Shown: positions 35,634-42,384 of the stretch, piece after piece | Layout: each line of letters opens with the position of its first letter | How positions within the stretch are numbered: position 1 is the first letter of the stretch | From: Pseudomonas phage LPPA56 | Sequence record: OR188718.1 | DNA: 42,384 bases | Strand: one strand, 5' to 3' | The notes under the pieces: model-generated | Database searches by the model: none | The model's input: the letters and a program-made list of their open reading frames with translations, nothing else | Told to the model about the DNA's origin: nothing | Translations under genes and position numbers: made by a program

Positions 35634-35881
35634 AATATTCATCGGATGCAGGGGAGCGTATGGACATATTCGCGGATAACTTCGGTGTGGCCCCCGGCCT
35701 GGAGGTGGTGATGCGCCACCTCGATGACGGCCTGGTCATGGTCACGGCACGGCACAAAGGGGAGGCCTTCGAAAGCTATCGCGCCGTCCCGGTGGAGAAG
35801 GCCTTGGAAGTAGCTGGCTACCTCATTCGAGGCTCTCAACCACCACGCGCCCTGTTTTGTCCCTGTACACCTGCTCGCTGA
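35630..35881 (+). CDS. hypothetical early protein
   Basis: 83 aa, ATGA-coupled to cro. Confidence 0.35.
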   Translation: MKYSSDAGERMDIFADNFGVAPGLEVVMRHLDDGLVMVTARHKGEAFESYRAVPVEKALEVAGYLIRGSQPPRALFCPCTPAR

Positions 35882-36026
35882 ATTCGACCTGGACCAGTTC
35901 GGGGCCGCGCTGTTTTAGGCGGTAGAACTCTAGGCCGCTGAAGTCGACTTCGTAGTGATCGGGGTAGACGGCGAGATGCTCCCGGAGCATTCCGACGGTG
36001 ATTGTCTGAGGCTTCTTGGAGGGCAT
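35823..36026 (-). CDS. small hypothetical protein on the opposite strand within the rightward early region
   Basis: 67 aa from ATG 36026 (AAGGA RBS), high GC3. Confidence 0.3.
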   Translation of the reverse strand: MPSKKPQTITVGMLREHLAVYPDHYEVDFSGLEFYRLKQRGPELVQVEFSEQVYRDKTGRVVVESLE

Positions 36027-36232
36027 ACGCAGTTCCTTGCGAAAAGAAGAGGGAGGTGAATACAGAAAAGGTTGGCCGGCGCGGGCCTCTACACCCGCGC
36101 CGGCCGGGTGCCGGACAGGGCCTCTACACCCTGGGCCCGGCGTACGACGACACAGCACATTGCATCGGTCGTGGTCATAGAGTAGGGCGAGCCCCGCTCG
36201 ATGGCTACACCGTAAAAGGAGTATTTACGGTT

Positions 36233-36733
36233 ATGAGCCGGAAAGACCTGCTGCCGGACGCCGGTCCGGTATTCGATCTCCGCCAGGCGCTATACCGCGC
36301 AGGGCGCGACTACAAGGGAGGCTTGACCTCCCTGGCCCACGACATGGTTCTGCCCTATGAGGACCTGCAGAAGAAACTGAAGCTTGACGAGGAACGCCGG
36401 TGGCCCACCCCCGACGAACTCGAAGACATCATCCGCCTGACCAAGGATCCACGCCTGCTGGACGCACTGATGCGCCCGGCCGGTGCTGTCTGGTATCGGC
36501 CTGAGGCGGTCAATGCCACGGCTTCCGCCCTGAAGGCGGTCGGGGATTTGCTGCAGCGCGAAGGCGAGTTTGTTGCCAGTCTGCATAAAGGTGCGGATGA
36601 CAACCGCTGGGAGCCCGTCGAGGTCGCCGATCTGGAGTACCACGGTGCGAATGTGATTCGGGCTGTCCTGGGCATCATGGCCGGCGCCCGCCAGGCAATG
36701 GAGCAGGATCTGGAGGATAGAGCCAATGGGTGA
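36233..36733 (+). CDS. CII-like regulatory protein (Phage_CP76-like)
   Basis: 166 aa from ATG 36233 (AAGGAG RBS); position after cro. Family assignment from memory. Confidence 0.35.
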   Translation: MSRKDLLPDAGPVFDLRQALYRAGRDYKGGLTSLAHDMVLPYEDLQKKLKLDEERRWPTPDELEDIIRLTKDPRLLDALMRPAGAVWYRPEAVNATASALKAVGDLLQREGEFVASLHKGADDNRWEPVEVADLEYHGANVIRAVLGIMAGARQAMEQDLEDRANG

Positions 36734-36968
36734 CATCCTCGATCGCGCCTCCGAACTGGAGGAGTTCCATTTGCAGGCGGCGCTCGCTTCTCGACCCCGT
36801 CCGGCGCCGGCGTACAGTATCAGCGCGACGATCTGCGATGACTGCGGCAGCGAGATCCCACCAGCGCGCCGCCTGGCGGTGCCTGGGTGTGATTGCTGCG
36901 TTGAGTGCCAGCAGCGCAGGGAGGTGCGTCGTGGATACCGCTTGCAGACTAAGTCGGGGGCGGTATGA
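36726..36968 (+). CDS. TraR/DksA-family C4 zinc-finger protein
   Basis: CDDCGSEIPPARRLAVPGCDCCVECQ: CxxC-N17-CxxC. Confidence 0.7.
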   Translation: MGDILDRASELEEFHLQAALASRPRPAPAYSISATICDDCGSEIPPARRLAVPGCDCCVECQQRREVRRGYRLQTKSGAV

Positions 36969-39703
36969 GGCCTGGCGAAGATAGTCTACGTAGCGAGTGG
37001 GCTCGCTGGTATGTCGAACAAGGCATCGCGCTGGTAGTCATCGAACCGGGGAACAAGATCCCCAAGGGCAAGGCCTGGCAGAGGCCAGGTGGTTACTACA
37101 CCGATGCTGCCCAGGCTGAGGCTTTCTGGTCCAAGCATCCGAAGCACAACATGGGGGCTGTACTCGGCCCCAGTCGTGTTTGCTCGCTGGACGTCGACGA
37201 CGTCCCATCCACTCGCCAGGTGCTGTGGGACTGCCTCGGGTTGGATCTGGATGCGTTGCCGGTAGCCTACCCCACCGTGGTAGGGAATCCGGAGCGCTTC
37301 CGAATTCTGTTCCAGGTGCCGGATGGGGTTGAGCTGAGTCGGCACTCACTGAGCTGGCCCAACGAGAAGGACCCGGACGGCTCCAAGTTCAAGCTCGCGC
37401 AGGCGGCGATCCTCGCAGCGAAAGAGAAGGGGGATGCCGAGCAGCAGACAAAGATGCAGGTGCTGGCCGACAGCCTGAAGCGCTTCACCGTGTTCGAGCT
37501 GCGCGCAGGCCTAGTGCAGGACGTCCTGCCACCCTCCATCCATCCTGGCACCGGGCGACCGTACACCTGGCGCAACCCGCCAAAGGGTGAGGGGCTACCG
37601 GTATTGCCGGACAACCTGCTGAACATCTGGAAGAACTGGGACATCTTCAAGCGTGACGCCGAGGCGGCATGCCCTTGGGCGCCGGTGCAGAAACCGAAGA
37701 AGGTTACCAAACCGAAGCGGCTGGCTCCGGCTGGTAGCGCTGGGTCGGTTATCGATGCCTTCAACCGGGCACACGATGTCGAGGCATTGCTCGAGGCGCA
37801 TGGCTACCTCAAGCGTGGGAAGAAGTGGCTGTGTCCGCAGAGCAGCACCGGCTTGCCGGGCGTCACGGTCAGCGAGGGGCGGGTGTATTCACACCATGGC
37901 TCAGACCCTCTCGCCAACGGCCACCAGAACGACGCGTTCGACGTGTTCTGCATCCTCGACCACAACGGCAACCAGGGCGAGGCGGTCAAGGCCGCGGCGC
38001 GCCTACTGGGCATCGAGCGCGAGTCCAGAGCACCCAGTGTTCGCGAGGCGCTGGAGCAGTTCGATCAGATGCTTAGCGGCGATGAGCCGCCCCCCAGCCC
38101 GGCCAAGGAGCTTCCCCGCTCCCCATCGGTCGAAGACGTGGATGCCGACGGCGACGCCGCAGGTGACAGGGGGGCGGGGGAGGGCCTGACTCTGGCCAAG
38201 GCGCTGCGGCGCTACGCCCTGGTCGAGGGGACAACCCACGTGTGGGACATCGACAAGGCGATGAAGATGAAGAAGACCGCCTTCGTCGCCCTGGTGGGCC
38301 AGAAGGTTTTCAAGGAGTGGTCGGAGGTTACCGACGAGAAGAAGAAAAAGCGCATCAGCGAAGAGCAGGTCAAGGAGATCGAGCGAGCCCGGTCCATGGC
38401 CGGAAAGGCCGTCGGGCCGATGAGCATGCCTCCAGCGGTGCGCTACGTCTACATCGATGGCACCAAGGACGTGTGGGACCTGGCGAAGAAACGGCGTGTG
38501 CCCGAGGGCGCAGTGAAGATGGCCCTGGGCGATGCCTACTCGCTCTGGCTCAACAGCCCGGAGCGCCGGGTGGTAGACGTTGCCGACATTGTCTTTGACC
38601 CGACGATGACGTGCGACACCAAGACATGCATCAACACGTTCGAGGGCCTGCCGCTGGAGCCCAAGCGCGATGATGCGGCGTGCGAGAACCTCCGCTGGCT
38701 GATCGCCTTTCTGTGCAACCACGCTGAGGACTCCATGCAGTGGCTGGTGCGCTGGCTTGCGTATCCGCTGCAGCACACCGGCGCGAAGATGGACACGGCG
38801 GTGCTGATGCACTCGACGATGGAGGGGTCAGGCAAGAGCCTCTTGTTCTCCGTCGTGATGGGACGCCTGTATGGTCAGTATTCCGCCACGGTTGGGCAGA
38901 CCCAGCTTGAGGGGAACTTCAATGCCTGGCAGAGCGGCAAGTTGTGGGCGGTGTTCGAGGAAGTGGTCAGCCGGGACCAGCGCTACAACCAGGTCGGCAA
39001 GATCAAGCAGTTGATCACCGGTCAGACCGTGCGCATCGAGAGCAAGTTCGTGAACGGCTGGGAAGAAGCCAGCCACATGAACGCTGTGTTCCTTTCCAAC
39101 GAAATCATGCCCTGGCCAATCAGCGAGGGTGATCGGCGGTTCTTGGTCATGTGGCCCGAGGAAAAGCTGCCGGAGGCCAGGCAGAAGGCGATCAAGCACG
39201 AGTTGGCCAATGGCGGCGTCGAAGCGCTATATGCCTGGCTGCTGGCCCAGGACTTAGGCGACTTCGACCCACAGACCAAGCCACCGAGCACGCCGGCGCG
39301 CGAACGCCTGGTGGCCTTGAGTAGGTCCACCTGGCAGACGTTCGTACACCTCTGGCGCAGCGGTGAACTCGGGCACGGGCTGTGGGGGGCATGCATGAGC
39401 AAAGATCTCTACGCGCTGTTTCTGGAGTGGTGCCAGCAGAACAAGGAGCATTCGATAAGCCACACGAAGTTCAGTCTGTTCATCAGCACGGCAAGTATCG
39501 AGAAGACCAGGCCAATTCCCTGGACGGACGGCAGCAACCGTCGGTTCGCGGCGTTCTTCTTCCCTGAGGACCCGGAGTCCTTCCTGCCCCCATCCCCTTC
39601 CTCGGCCGCGCTGGGTGCGCACGTGGTCGAGTGGCGGGCGCGAGCCAAGCTAGCGGGCTGGAACGTGGACAGTTGGGACCATGTGAAGGGGCACGCGACG
39701 TGA
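36965..39703 (+). CDS. replication protein: N-terminal Prim-Pol primase fused to a D5_N / SF3 helicase (P4 alpha-like)
   Basis: 912 aa; Walker A MEGSGKSLLFSVV; VDDV acidic primase motif in the N-terminal domain. Followed by an iteron origin. Confidence 0.8.
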   Translation: MRPGEDSLRSEWARWYVEQGIALVVIEPGNKIPKGKAWQRPGGYYTDAAQAEAFWSKHPKHNMGAVLGPSRVCSLDVDDVPSTRQVLWDCLGLDLDALPVAYPTVVGNPERFRILFQVPDGVELSRHSLSWPNEKDPDGSKFKLAQAAILAAKEKGDAEQQTKMQVLADSLKRFTVFELRAGLVQDVLPPSIHPGTGRPYTWRNPPKGEGLPVLPDNLLNIWKNWDIFKRDAEAACPWAPVQKPKKVTKPKRLAPAGSAGSVIDAFNRAHDVEALLEAHGYLKRGKKWLCPQSSTGLPGVTVSEGRVYSHHGSDPLANGHQNDAFDVFCILDHNGNQGEAVKAAARLLGIERESRAPSVREALEQFDQMLSGDEPPPSPAKELPRSPSVEDVDADGDAAGDRGAGEGLTLAKALRRYALVEGTTHVWDIDKAMKMKKTAFVALVGQKVFKEWSEVTDEKKKKRISEEQVKEIERARSMAGKAVGPMSMPPAVRYVYIDGTKDVWDLAKKRRVPEGAVKMALGDAYSLWLNSPERRVVDVADIVFDPTMTCDTKTCINTFEGLPLEPKRDDAACENLRWLIAFLCNHAEDSMQWLVRWLAYPLQHTGAKMDTAVLMHSTMEGSGKSLLFSVVMGRLYGQYSATVGQTQLEGNFNAWQSGKLWAVFEEVVSRDQRYNQVGKIKQLITGQTVRIESKFVNGWEEASHMNAVFLSNEIMPWPISEGDRRFLVMWPEEKLPEARQKAIKHELANGGVEALYAWLLAQDLGDFDPQTKPPSTPARERLVALSRSTWQTFVHLWRSGELGHGLWGACMSKDLYALFLEWCQQNKEHSISHTKFSLFISTASIEKTRPIPWTDGSNRRFAAFFFPEDPESFLPPSPSSAALGAHVVEWRARAKLAGWNVDSWDHVKGHAT

Positions 39704-39709
39704 ATCTGC

Positions 39710-40020
39710 CCGGAAGTGTGTTGGGTGTGTTGGGTATGTGTTGGGTTGTTTTGCGAACCCAACACAGCGTGAGGCCGCGAAACTCGGGGCCTCTGGGTGT
39801 GTGTGTTGGGTGTGTTGGGTTTACGCGCGCGGGCGCGTGCGTGCGAATAAAAAAATGCACCAAGATCATGGTGCGGCGCGCTGCTTTTTTTCCTACGCGA
39901 GGGCTGGAAAAACCCAACACACCCAACACACCCGACACACGTTTATCTAGCTCATTGATTCTATTGAGTTTTAAGTGTGTTGGGTGTGTGTTGGGTATGG
40001 CGTTTTTGTGTTGGGTTGAG
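39710..40020. repeat. origin of replication: at least 8 direct and 3-4 inverted GTGTTGGGT iterons with AT-rich tracts
   Basis: Direct copies at 39718, 39727, 39738, 39803, 39812, 39977, 39988, 40008. Inverted ACCCAACAC at 39757, 39912, 39921 (39930 degenerate). A8 and T7 runs at 39846-39890. Confidence 0.7.
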
Positions 40021-40042
40021 GTTTCAGGCGGGGAGAGGGGCG

Positions 40043-40600
40043 ATGATTGAAGAGATCGAAGTGTTGATGCGGCATTGGAGTGCGCAGATCGGCCGTAATG
40101 GGGTGGGATGCAGTTCCATATCCAGCAGCCTGGCGGGTTTGATTGAGTGGCAGGGCGCGCCGCCGCGCGGCGAGCCTGGTTCGCGTGTGTTGCTCGGTGG
40201 AACCTCCGTCGATCATCGTGCGCGCGAGGTTCAGGCATGCATAGATGCGATCGAACGGCGAGGGGAGGAAGGTGCATGTCTCGCGCGCTTGGCGCGCTTG
40301 CGCTATCTGAGTTGTCCTCCGCGCACCGTCAAACAGCAGATCGCGGCACTTGAGGTCGGGGAAATCACCGACCGTACCTATCGCAACTGGGTGCAGCGCC
40401 TCCATGAACTGGTGTTGTGCGAACTGATCCGCCGGCATGCCGGCACGCTGGAGGCGATCAAGGCGCTCCGGAAGGTCGAGCGGCGGCGCACTGCTGCACG
40501 GCGTGGCAAAGCCGTACGCGGGGTAAATGGTGAATACCGTTCGTCGGCAATTGCTCCCCCGTCAGCCCCCGCGAGCCCCCGTCAGCCCGTGTCAGGATAA
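40043..40600 (+). CDS. putative late-gene antiterminator (Q-like), by position
   Basis: 185 aa between the replication module and a promoter-proximal terminator/holin. Weak family resemblance only. Confidence 0.35.
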   Translation: MIEEIEVLMRHWSAQIGRNGVGCSSISSSLAGLIEWQGAPPRGEPGSRVLLGGTSVDHRAREVQACIDAIERRGEEGACLARLARLRYLSCPPRTVKQQIAALEVGEITDRTYRNWVQRLHELVLCELIRRHAGTLEAIKALRKVERRRTAARRGKAVRGVNGEYRSSAIAPPSAPASPRQPVSG

Positions 40601-40743
40601 CCGATAATTCCCCCCTTTCGGTTTTTCCGTTCGGGGGGTACAAAGCCGCCATGGTGTTCGAGATCCGCCAAGGCGGTCCGGCATCGAGTGATGCACGTGC
40701 TGTGCAAACCGCCCCGGAGCTTCCCCGCCCGGGTCACCCTGAA

Positions 40744-40772
40744 AGCCCCTCGCTCGAGGGGCTTTCTCTTTT
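40744..40772 (+). terminator. late-leader terminator AGCCCCTCgctcGAGGGGCT + TTCTCTTTTCTG, 27 nt before holin start
   Basis: 8-bp stem, 4-nt loop, T-rich tail; tR'-like position. Confidence 0.55.
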
Positions 40773-40798
40773 CTGCCGCCGGCTGAGGAGTTCTAGCG

Positions 40799-41164
40799 AT
40801 GGGAGAACCAGCGAGCACGACTGCTTCCGCTGTTGTGGCCGGTGCCGCTGGTATCGGTCTGGCCGGGTATCTGGCCGGCATCGATGGGGCCGCTGCTGTG
40901 GGCGCGCTGTTCGGCGCTCTGCTGTATTCGACGACGAACAAGGAATATCCGACCTGGCAGCGGGTGCTGTTTCTGCTGATCTCGTTCGTCATGGGCTATA
41001 TGACCGCGCCGGCAATCAAGGACGTTGATGTATACGGATACCGGCCGTTCCACTATTCGGGTCTGGCTGCCTTTGTCGCGGCGCTGCTGGTGGTGACTGT
41101 TTCTCTGTGGTTGCTCCGGCGAGGTAAGGCAGGACCTGGCGCAATAGGAGGCCAAGATGGGTAA
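40799..41164 (+). CDS. holin (3-4 transmembrane helices, charged C-terminus)
   Basis: 121 aa with hydrophobic segments AVVAGAAGIGLAGYLAGI, VLFLLISFVMGYM, LAAFVAALLVVTVSLWLL, and C-terminal RRGKAG. Confidence 0.55.
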   Translation: MGEPASTTASAVVAGAAGIGLAGYLAGIDGAAAVGALFGALLYSTTNKEYPTWQRVLFLLISFVMGYMTAPAIKDVDVYGYRPFHYSGLAAFVAALLVVTVSLWLLRRGKAGPGAIGGQDG

Positions 41165-41447
41165 CCATCTGGTGCAATTGCTGCTGACGCAAGCGACGTT
41201 CTGGCTTTGCGTCGGTATGTTCCTCCGGCTCTTCACCTACCAGCGGGGGGAAGCACGCTATCGGTTCGGTATCTCGTGCCTCGCCTGGCTGGTTATGGGG
41301 AGCGCTGGTTCTGCAGCGCTCTACATCCTGAAAGGCTGGCTGGTTGTACCGCCGCATGCCTGGCCTCTGGTCGTCTTGCTCGGCGTGTTCGCGTGGGCGT
41401 TGTTTCGGACTCGGGGCAACCTTGCCCGGGTCTGGCGGATTCAGTAG
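41157..41447 (+). CDS. second small membrane protein (antiholin or second holin candidate)
   Basis: 96 aa, 2-3 hydrophobic helices, overlapping the holin stop. Confidence 0.4.
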   Translation: MGNHLVQLLLTQATFWLCVGMFLRLFTYQRGEARYRFGISCLAWLVMGSAGSAALYILKGWLVVPPHAWPLVVLLGVFAWALFRTRGNLARVWRIQ

Positions 41448-41449
41448 CG

Positions 41450-42187
41450 ATGCGCGGCAGTATCTCGGCCAGGGACTTGGACGACGCCGTTCGGTCCTTG
41501 CAGCAGCTCGGTGGCGACTTGCCTGCTGCTGTGTTGGCCGACGCCTTGAACCACACGGCGAACCAGGCGAATCAGGCGCTGGTCGGGGAGATCGACCAGG
41601 TCTTCGACCGGCCGACACCGTTCACCCGCAACGCTGTCCGCATCCTGCATGCCACTTCGCGCCGCCTTGAGGCGGCCTTGTGGGTGAAGGACGAAAAGGA
41701 CCATGCCTCGAAGGGGCAGGCGCCGGAGGACTGGGTGGCTCCCCAAGTCTTCGGGGGGCCGAGGGTGGACAAGGCGTCGGAGCGGAACCTCCGAGCCCGA
41801 GGCATCCTGCCGGCGGGCATGTTCGTCGTTCCAGCGGAGGGCGCCCGGCTGGACCAGTACGGCAACATGAGCCGCGGCCAGATGATCCAGATCCTCTCCG
41901 GCCTGGGCGCCCTGGAATACCGAGCGGGGTTCAAAGGAAACGCCACTCAGTCGGCGCGCTCCCTGGCGAAGGGACACCAACTGGCGTACTTCGTGATGCG
42001 CCGTGGCCGCCGACCCATTGGCATCGCCGAGCGCCGTGGACGGACGTTGACCATGGTCCTCGCCTTCGTCCGCCAGCCTCAGTACCGCGTGCGCTTCCAG
42101 TTTCACGAAGTCGTTCGGCGTGTTGCCGAGGACGACGCGCGCATCGAGGCGAACATCGAGCGGGCCCTGGCGAAAGCGTTGCGCTGA
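41450..42187 (+). CDS. hypothetical protein (last gene before the terminus; no Cys, so not HNH)
   Basis: 245 aa from ATG 41450 (track ORF 41207..42187). Confidence 0.35.
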   Translation: MRGSISARDLDDAVRSLQQLGGDLPAAVLADALNHTANQANQALVGEIDQVFDRPTPFTRNAVRILHATSRRLEAALWVKDEKDHASKGQAPEDWVAPQVFGGPRVDKASERNLRARGILPAGMFVVPAEGARLDQYGNMSRGQMIQILSGLGALEYRAGFKGNATQSARSLAKGHQLAYFVMRRGRRPIGIAERRGRTLTMVLAFVRQPQYRVRFQFHEVVRRVAEDDARIEANIERALAKALR

Positions 42188-42226
42188 ATCGTTGGCGGGT
42201 GGCCTGGCCGGGTGGAGCGGGGTTAG

Positions 42227-42349
42227 TTCAACCCGAGCCGGCAATGGCCACCCGCGGGCGGGGTGTCGCGAAAAGCGGGGCAGTGACGTGCTACTCAAAA
42301 AGCACCGGGGGGCCCCTGAAGCGCCGCCCCCGACAAGGGTGATTCGAAC
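42227..42349. repeat. 123-bp terminal direct repeat, right copy
   Basis: matches nt 1-123 (1 mismatch). Confidence 0.85.
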
Positions 42350-42381
42350 AAGTCGGAGGCCAAGCGGTCTTAGGAAGACAA
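42350..42381 (+). other. non-biological: probable MGI/BGI sequencing adapter (AAGTCGGAGGCCAAGCGGTCTTAGGAAGACAA) read-through at contig end
   Basis: 32-nt string recognised from memory as the DNBSEQ read-1 adapter; begins exactly where homology to nt 124+ stops. Confidence 0.6.
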
Positions 42382-42384
42382 CGC

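Noticed and set aside
39710-40020. CRISPR array
   Set aside because: Repeats are 9-bp iterons at irregular spacing with inverted copies, no cas genes, and lie directly after a replication helicase. This indicates an origin.
1-42349. The 123-bp direct repeats as attL/attR of an integrated prophage
   Set aside because: int/attP (tRNA-derived core) sit mid-sequence, the genome is in packaging (cos/terS-first) order, and the right copy is followed by adapter sequence rather than host DNA.

Overview
The window is a GC-rich, complete temperate lambda-like siphovirus genome of about 42.2 kb, shown in packaging orientation. Nt 1-123 are repeated at 42227-42349 (one mismatch), followed by 32 nt (42350-42381) that look like an MGI/BGI library adapter. 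Nt 218-21442 (+) carry the late operon: Nu1-like TerS preceded by four GGTTAAC repeats, GpA-like TerL, gpW-like protein, portal, S49 prohead protease, decoration-like protein, E-like capsid, connectors, major tail, tape measure, distal tail and fibre proteins, SleB-like endolysin, and Rz with embedded Rz1. Six similar hairpin terminator elements punctuate this operon. An AT-richer moron region at 21.4-23.1 kb (-) carries a Phd/Doc-like toxin-antitoxin pair. An attP follows: the 3' 45 nt of a tRNA-Thr(UGU) flanked by four TTGTACG arm repeats, then a tyrosine integrase and a DUF4224 Xis-like gene. The leftward early operon (23.3-34.5 kb, -) runs from a PL promoter beside a CI/S24 repressor. It contains yfdPQR-like genes (HD 5'-deoxynucleotidase-like, DUF2303-like), a dNMP-kinase-like gene, a PrtN-like gene, and the most interesting element: a complete diversity-generating retroelement (DGR). 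The DGR has a reverse transcriptase, a 102-bp template repeat, an Avd four-helix-bundle gene and two paralogous DUF1566/C-type-lectin-like target genes, each with a variable repeat that differs from the template only at template adenines. Rightward early genes are cro, a CII-like gene, a TraR zinc finger, a Prim-Pol/SF3 primase-helicase, an iteron origin, a Q-like gene, a late-promoter terminator and holin genes. No intact tRNA, rRNA or CRISPR array was found.
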